From: Candidatus Electrothrix yaqonensis
GTDB lineage: Bacteria > Desulfobacterota > Desulfobulbia > Desulfobulbales > Desulfobulbaceae
Reading direction: 5' to 3'
Length of the DNA stretch: 32,000 nt
Assembly (NCBI GenBank): GCA_047651235.1
Contig: CP178758.1
Span: 2,490,001-2,522,000 of the forward strand
The position numbers and the translations under genes are program-made. Below the pieces are notes generated by a model, which worked only from the letters and a program-made list of their open reading frames with translations, ran no database searches and had not been told where the DNA came from. This document shows positions 26,461 to 32,000 of the stretch, piece after piece (within the stretch, counting starts at the first letter, position 1; the number at the start of each line of letters is the position of its first letter).

Positions 26461-29400
26461 TTGACAGCAAAGAAACCACATATTAACCAGACGACCGGTG
26501 GAATTCCCGCTCTGCGGGGGTTCCGTAAGCAATTTTTGCATACGCTGAACAGGATTCTATCTTCAGAAACAGGGCATTTCTATCCTGAAAGTTTGGAAGA
26601 TTTTTCGGTTTATGACAGTACCGGAAAACCGCTTGAAATTGTTCAGGTTAAAGACTACAAGGCCCCTCTGACATTTTCAGCATTAAACAAAGCGGGAAAG
26701 GGGAAGAATTCTGGAAAGAACTTTTTTGAACGTGCTGCTGAATACATCACGCGCTATCATGATGTTCAGGTTGTTCTGGCAAGTTATGGAGAGCTGGGGC
26801 CGGAATTGCAGGAGTGCATAGGTGTCGATGAAGCGACGCTGAAGAAAAATAAAAAATTCAACAAACCAGAACTGCTGAATGTCTTTCAGCGGCTCGAATA
26901 TCGTCCTCTCAAAGAGCAGGGCGAACGCAATTCTATCCAAGAACACCTCACCCAGTTTCCTCTGATAACTGGTAATTGGCAGGCAGCCTTTGACCTGCTT
27001 ATGCAGGAACTTTACCGTGGCGCTGAACAGGAAAAGGGCTATACCCGGCAGGACTTGCTGGAACGCTTGCAGCAGATCGGCCAATATTTTGCCGAACGTG
27101 AAGCGCATCATAGGGAATGGGGCACGACCATCATCCCGCTGCTGGAGCAAGAAATTGATGACGAGGAACAACTGCGCAGCGCGTTTCATGAAGGTGTATC
27201 AGTTGGCTGGCGGCATATTCTGTCTGATCTGGATGTTAAACGCCAGCAGCACTTGGGTGCTATTCAAGAAGGATTCAGGAAAACACAGATTGTCGTCGTT
27301 CATGGCGCATCCGGGCAGGGAAAGTCCGCCTTGGCCTATCGCTACCTGCACGATTACTGTCCTGCTGCTTCGTATGAAATTCGAGATTTAAGCACTGCAA
27401 AACGAGCGTTGGAAGTAGCTACAGCTCTTTCCGGGTATAATATTCCTTTCACCTTTTATGTTGATGCCAGTCATAATGATAAAGGACTTTCTGAGTTTTT
27501 ACGACGTATTGATGAGCTGAAGCATATCCGTTGCCTTGTCACCATTCGGGAAGAAGACTGGCGGCTGACCGGAATAACTTCGGCTGACATTACCTTTGCA
27601 GATGTAGAGCTTGTTTTTAACCGCGAAGAAGCACAGGAGCTTTATGCAGCATGGGGAAACGCAAAAGGCTGTCGTTTTCCTGATTTTGAACAGGCTTGGG
27701 CAAAATTTTCAGAAGAAGGCCCTTTGCTGGAATTCGTCCATCTGCTGACACACACACAGAATTTACGGAATCGCTTACAGCAACAGTATGAGCAGATTGC
27801 CGGTGAGGTTGATCGTCAGCAACGGTCAGGAAATGATCTAAAGTTAATTCGGCAGGTTGCAGTGGCTGGTACTTGCGGTGCCCGTATTGATTTAGCCAAG
27901 TTAGCTCAACTGCCCGGCAACGCGACGTTGAAACAATCAATTAACCGTTTAGAAAAAGAATATTTGCTGCGGCGCAGCAATGATGCCCGTCATCTAACAG
28001 GATTACATCCTGTCCGTTCCGAAGTCCTCACTTCAATTATTGCAGATCCTGTCCTGTGTCCTTGGGAAACATTGGCGTTAGAATGCCTGCCCTTGCTGGA
28101 AGATGCAGATGTAGAAATCTTCCTTTTGCATATCTTCCGGTTCTATCCAGAGGCTACGAATGCCGTTCTTTCACATTTGAACACGGAAAAATACGAAACT
28201 TGGCTTGCGGCAAACGGTGTGTTGCGTTCCTTGTTATGGCTTGGGATATATGAGTATGTTTATGAAAATGAAGGGATAATTAGAAAACTTGCTGAAATAT
28301 ATACTGGAGGATGGCTTGTTGTTTTAGACTTTGTCGATTTTATAGGAGCACTGGATGAACCAATAGATTTTGTCAAGCTTCTTCCAGAGGAAGAAAGAGC
28401 GCAGGCGGAAAAAAAGATTGAGCACTGGCGAAGTGAGAAGACTCATAAAGATAGGGTATTCGTGCGAGTTGACGAGTGGTTGCAAAAAATTTCGCTTCCT
28501 CTTATTCCTTCCTATGAAAACGAAGAAGGCTGGAATGAATTTGGTCAGGTTGTGTATTGGCTGGGATTCAGAAAGATCGACAAAAGGATAGACGGATTTC
28601 TTGATTGGAATGGTCTTCGGCAAACTATAGAAGCATTGCCTATAGACACCCTGGCAACTCTGATTTACGGTTTATGGCAATTTTTTTCAGATGTTGACGT
28701 GTTTATTGATTGGTACAAAGATATTCGCCCGGCATTGCTTGATCGTTACCGCAGGGAAACAAATACGCCATATCTTGAAGAACAAGAAGGGGGTATTCGG
28801 GCGCATTTTATTGTGCCGTTAGATGATGAAACTGAAAAGTCAGGTGACTCTAATTCTGCTGAAAATAACTGGTTTCATGATATGGCGATGGAGCATGTTG
28901 ACCTTTTAGCGCAATTAATTCCTGATTGTACAGGGTATGGTTGCCAAGGATATGGACATCAGGTTCTTGATATTGAGTATCCTTATGATGATACGACTAA
29001 AAAAAATATTTCGGCCAGTCACTTGAAACCAAGCTGGGTAATGCATGTTAATAAAACGGCTCGCATTCTTGCAGATCACCTGTTCAGACCAGCAACATGG
29101 CAGGATTATAGCAATCAGATATTTAAAATACGAAATGATGCTGTGTTGTGTCTCGATAATCTCCGCCGGAACTTAGAAAAGCATTTCCACAGTAAAAAAG
29201 TTGTTCAGCAACTCACTACACTTTACGATACTGTAGATTGGAAGAAGGCTTTTCAGCAGGTCAGCCGCCGATCTTCCTTCCCGCTGGAGGCACTTGATCA
29301 TTTTGGGTATACAGAAGAAAACCAGAAGAATATGGTGACTGAAGGTTCTGGTGGCAGGAGAAAAGAAATTTTTATTTCCGCATACCTACAACGGTATCAT

Positions 29401-30675
29401 GTATATCTTCATGAGCAAAGAGAGTATTTTAACGGTATACAAAATTTTTCCGACCAAGCAGCATCTTTGATGATAGCAAATGCCTTGCTTGGCAAAGCTA
29501 AAACACCTAAGAAGCGCATTAAAATTAAGCAAAAAATTGAGGAGGTAAATTTAAAACTCAGCAGACCTCTCCTGCCAGCTTTCAACCTAATGGCATCCAT
29601 AAAACATCTCCAGCAGTTTCAATCCTCCTTCCGCAAGCATTTTTCCAGCCTGATAGACAACGAAGAGCTTTCTCAATTGGAACATAGGGAGCGTAAAATA
29701 CTTCACTCCCTATGGCCCTTGTGGTTCTGTTTTGAGAAAACCCCAAACCGCCGAATGCCTGCTCCTGGGAAAACTGCATCAGATCAATTGAAGCAACGGA
29801 AAAAGGTTCTTCGGAGTAAGCTGGAAAAGGCATTGAAAAAGGCTTCAACGGAAAAACTTCAATTTAAAATATTGGGAGATTCTATTGAATTCGACAGCAA
29901 GCCTGCGCTGTGGATAACGATAGATGGCGAGAATCCACTGGAAGTATATACACAGACAAAAAGCCTTTTTGTCCTGATGCAAAATTCTTTGGGCGAAATC
30001 AAACTGCACTCACTTGATCATTTTTCCTTGGAATTTCAATGGCAAAATCTTCTCCTGGTGCCAAGATGCAAAGGAAAGCTGCTGGAACCTCACGCATGGG
30101 TGATCCCTATTCATAAGTTCATCAGCCAGTTAAATGGAGATAAGGGGTTGGGTGCTCATAACTTAATCCCACGGCAAATTGGGCAGGAAAATTTGGAGGC
30201 TTTAGGGGTAAAAGTATGGGAGCCCGTACTGCTCAATGATGGAAAAATGTTTCTCAAGAGTTATGCCACATTGCAGATACGTCTTCGGCATCTGGTGCAA
30301 CTAAGAAATATCAAGAAGAAAGATGATCTTAGTGAAGAAATTATTCAATTCTATTTCAATCAAACAAAAAACGAGTTGAATGGAAATATTCAACAATTGC
30401 TTAATCAGATAGAAAAAATATTCTCTTTAAATAGCCAACTATCCGGCATGGCTGATAAAAACAAGCATGAATATTTAAAACTTGCCGCAGATCAACTATT
30501 TAAAATTAATAAGCAATTAATTCCAGAGTATTTAAAAAATGGTCAAGCTGTTATGACCTATGAAACCATGAAAGAATGGCAGGAACAGCTTTTGTCTGTT
30601 CAAGATACGGTGTTTGTCATCTATCTCTACTGGTGCGGATATGCTATTCATCGCTATAATTCTGGTATCCAATGA
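26461..30675 (+). CDS. Large STAND-like P-loop NTPase with N-terminal Cap4/DUF4297-like PD-(D/E)xK nuclease motif and long helical C-terminal region (candidate Avs-like antiviral protein)
   Basis: 1404-aa uninterrupted ORF. The N-terminus is GGIPALRGFRKQFLHTL...ESLEDFSVYD-x7-EIVQVKDY (26593-26652). Walker A is HGASGQGKSALAY (27304-27327). Walker B-like is FTFYVDAS (Asp codon 27463-27465), followed by RCLVTIREEDW. About 1000 aa of helical sequence follow, in which I recognise no domain. The only in-frame start near the 5' end is TTG 26461, and it has no clear SD. The distal part has lower GC than the flanks. Confidence 0.6.
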   Translation: MTAKKPHINQTTGGIPALRGFRKQFLHTLNRILSSETGHFYPESLEDFSVYDSTGKPLEIVQVKDYKAPLTFSALNKAGKGKNSGKNFFERAAEYITRYHDVQVVLASYGELGPELQECIGVDEATLKKNKKFNKPELLNVFQRLEYRPLKEQGERNSIQEHLTQFPLITGNWQAAFDLLMQELYRGAEQEKGYTRQDLLERLQQIGQYFAEREAHHREWGTTIIPLLEQEIDDEEQLRSAFHEGVSVGWRHILSDLDVKRQQHLGAIQEGFRKTQIVVVHGASGQGKSALAYRYLHDYCPAASYEIRDLSTAKRALEVATALSGYNIPFTFYVDASHNDKGLSEFLRRIDELKHIRCLVTIREEDWRLTGITSADITFADVELVFNREEAQELYAAWGNAKGCRFPDFEQAWAKFSEEGPLLEFVHLLTHTQNLRNRLQQQYEQIAGEVDRQQRSGNDLKLIRQVAVAGTCGARIDLAKLAQLPGNATLKQSINRLEKEYLLRRSNDARHLTGLHPVRSEVLTSIIADPVLCPWETLALECLPLLEDADVEIFLLHIFRFYPEATNAVLSHLNTEKYETWLAANGVLRSLLWLGIYEYVYENEGIIRKLAEIYTGGWLVVLDFVDFIGALDEPIDFVKLLPEEERAQAEKKIEHWRSEKTHKDRVFVRVDEWLQKISLPLIPSYENEEGWNEFGQVVYWLGFRKIDKRIDGFLDWNGLRQTIEALPIDTLATLIYGLWQFFSDVDVFIDWYKDIRPALLDRYRRETNTPYLEEQEGGIRAHFIVPLDDETEKSGDSNSAENNWFHDMAMEHVDLLAQLIPDCTGYGCQGYGHQVLDIEYPYDDTTKKNISASHLKPSWVMHVNKTARILADHLFRPATWQDYSNQIFKIRNDAVLCLDNLRRNLEKHFHSKKVVQQLTTLYDTVDWKKAFQQVSRRSSFPLEALDHFGYTEENQKNMVTEGSGGRRKEIFISAYLQRYHVYLHEQREYFNGIQNFSDQAASLMIANALLGKAKTPKKRIKIKQKIEEVNLKLSRPLLPAFNLMASIKHLQQFQSSFRKHFSSLIDNEELSQLEHRERKILHSLWPLWFCFEKTPNRRMPAPGKTASDQLKQRKKVLRSKLEKALKKASTEKLQFKILGDSIEFDSKPALWITIDGENPLEVYTQTKSLFVLMQNSLGEIKLHSLDHFSLEFQWQNLLLVPRCKGKLLEPHAWVIPIHKFISQLNGDKGLGAHNLIPRQIGQENLEALGVKVWEPVLLNDGKMFLKSYATLQIRLRHLVQLRNIKKKDDLSEEIIQFYFNQTKNELNGNIQQLLNQIEKIFSLNSQLSGMADKNKHEYLKLAADQLFKINKQLIPEYLKNGQAVMTYETMKEWQEQLLSVQDTVFVIYLYWCGYAIHRYNSGIQ

Positions 30676-32000
30676 ATAAGCAACCCCAAACTCCCCAATT
30701 CCTTGCCGCCGTTGATCTCGGCTCCAACAGCTTCCACATGGTTGTTGCCCGCATTGAAGACGGGCATATCCACATCCTGGACAAGCTGAAAGAGATGGTG
30801 CGTCTCGGTGCCGGACTGGATAAGCGCGGTCGGCTTTCCGCAGAAGCCCGCCAGTGCGCCCTTGCCTGTCTGCGCCGTTTCGGCGAGCGGGTGCGGAATT
30901 TTCCTGCCGGGACGGTAGCCGCTGTGGGCACGAAAACGCTGCGGCAGGCTAAGAAATCCCGGCGTTTTGTAGAGCAGGCCGGGCAGGCTCTGGGCCATCC
31001 GATTGCCGTCATCGGCGGGAAAGAGGAAGCCCGCCTGGTGTATCTGGGCGTTTCCCATTCCCTGGCAGCTGCGGGCGGCAGGCGCTTTGTCATGGATATC
31101 GGCGGCGGCAGTACTGAGCTGATTATCGGAGAAGATTTTGAGCCGCTGCACCTGCACAGCCTGAATATGGGCTGTGTCAGCATGAGCCGTCAGTGCTTCC
31201 GCAACGGCAGCCTGAACCAGAAAAACTGGAAAAAGGCTTCCATTGCAGCTCACCTGGAACTGCGTCCGGTGCGGTATGCGTTTCAACAGGCAGGCTGGGA
31301 TTCCGCCACCGGGGCCTCCGGTACGATCAAGGCTGTGGGCAGCGTTGTGCAGGCGCTCGGCCTTGCGCCTTACACCATCACCCTGGACAGTCTGGACAGG
31401 ATACGCAAACTGATGACCGCTGCCGGACACCTGGACAATCTTGATCTGCCCGGCCTGAAAACAGAGCGCAAGCCTGTTTTTGCCGGAGGACTGGCTGTCC
31501 TTATTGCCGTGTTTGAGGCTCTGAAAATCGAGAGCATGCAGATCTCCGACGGGGCTTTGCGGGAAGGGCTGCTCTATGAACGACTGGGCCGCATCAGAAG
31601 CGAGGATACCCGGTTAACGACTGTTGCCGGTGTACAGCAACGCTTCCAGCTCAGCCGCCGACATGCTGATCGGGTGACCGAAACAGCGCGTCGGCTCTTT
31701 GCTGCCTGTGAAGCAGCATGGAATTTGGCTCCAGAAGATGCTGAACTGCTCTACTGGGCAGGCAGTCTGCATGAGATCGGCCTTGCGGTTTCTCTGAGCG
31801 GATACCAGAAACACGGTGCCTATCTCCTGGACCACGCTGATCTGCCCGGATTTTCTTTTGCCGAGCAGGAGCAGATGAGCGTGCTGGTCCGTTGCCATCG
31901 CAAGAAGCTGTCGAAAAGTCTGTTCAGAAAAATCCCCGCTGAACGGCGGCAGACTGTCCTGCGGCTTGCGGTCCTGCTGCGCCTTGCTGCGCTGCTGCAT
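30672..32000 (+). CDS. ppx: Exopolyphosphatase / guanosine pentaphosphate phosphohydrolase (Ppx/GppA family), 5' partial
   Basis: This gene is not in the supplied ORF track because it has no stop in the window. I translated it by hand: MNKQPQTPQFLAAVDLGSNSFHMVVARIEDG...MDIGGGSTELIIGE...ISDGALREGLLYE...GSLHEIGLAVS. The frame stays open to 32000. Its ATG overlaps the upstream TGA (ATGA). Confidence 0.9.
   Translation, partial: MNKQPQTPQFLAAVDLGSNSFHMVVARIEDGHIHILDKLKEMVRLGAGLDKRGRLSAEARQCALACLRRFGERVRNFPAGTVAAVGTKTLRQAKKSRRFVEQAGQALGHPIAVIGGKEEARLVYLGVSHSLAAAGGRRFVMDIGGGSTELIIGEDFEPLHLHSLNMGCVSMSRQCFRNGSLNQKNWKKASIAAHLELRPVRYAFQQAGWDSATGASGTIKAVGSVVQALGLAPYTITLDSLDRIRKLMTAAGHLDNLDLPGLKTERKPVFAGGLAVLIAVFEALKIESMQISDGALREGLLYERLGRIRSEDTRLTTVAGVQQRFQLSRRHADRVTETARRLFAACEAAWNLAPEDAELLYWAGSLHEIGLAVSLSGYQKHGAYLLDHADLPGFSFAEQEQMSVLVRCHRKKLSKSLFRKIPAERRQTVLRLAVLLRLAALLH

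Noticed and set aside
30654-31430. 258-aa and 179-aa minus-strand ORFs at the right end, plus 31614-32000 (-)
   Set aside because: They are antisense to the plus-strand Ppx/GppA frame. That frame is open from 30672 to the window end, carries the textbook DLGSNSFH and DIGGGSTE motifs, and is missing from the ORF track only because it has no stop in the window.
1-32000. Search for tRNA, rRNA, CRISPR arrays, transposase or integrase genes, and long terminal repeats around the lipase-STAND block
   Set aside because: Reading both strands, I saw no cloverleaf-like GTTCGAATC-type signatures, no regularly spaced repeats, no recombinase-like ORFs and no flanking direct repeats. The absence was judged by eye only.

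Overview
The window looks like ordinary chromosomal DNA. Its gene content (bacteriohemerythrin, very large hybrid histidine kinases, REC-DUF4388, tandem PilT) suggests a Desulfobacterota or deltaproteobacterial-type organism, but that is inference only. I can support about 22 protein-coding genes. I see no rRNA, tRNA, CRISPR array, transposase or integrase.

Gene order:
1. 252-2654: two peptidoglycan-remodelling genes (SleB-like hydrolase, YafK-like L,D-transpeptidase) and a rhodanese-MBL fusion.
2. 3243-15347: a roughly 12 kb signalling cluster. It holds a bacteriohemerythrin, two hybrid sensor kinases (each sensor-TM-PASx3-HisKA-HATPase-REC-Hpt) and three response regulators (Zn-ribbon-REC-DHp-like, REC-DUF4388, REC-PAS-PAS-GGDEF).
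3. 15486-21016: the most unusual part. This is a tightly packed four-gene cassette in which two paralogs of the oomycete GP42 (Pep-13) transglutaminase family bracket a caspase-like (peptidase C14) protease and an unknown beta-sandwich protein. None of the four has an export signal.
4. 21051-25556: a DUF374 acyltransferase-like gene, ketopantoate reductase, a small Cys-rich membrane ORF, and tandem pilT paralogs.
5. 25623-30675: a two-gene block of deviant composition. It encodes a class-3 lipase and a 1404-aa protein with an N-terminal Cap4/DUF4297-like PD-(D/E)xK nuclease motif, a P-loop STAND-like NTPase and a long helical C-terminus, making it a candidate antiviral STAND (Avs-like) defence locus.
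6. 30672-32000: the 5' part of ppx/gppA, which runs off the window.

At the non-coding level, an 11-nt palindromic motif, TCTGTGCAGA(G), recurs in three promoter regions, and there are direct repeats in the only sizeable gap of the signalling cluster. All functional calls rest on motifs I recognised by eye; no database search was run.
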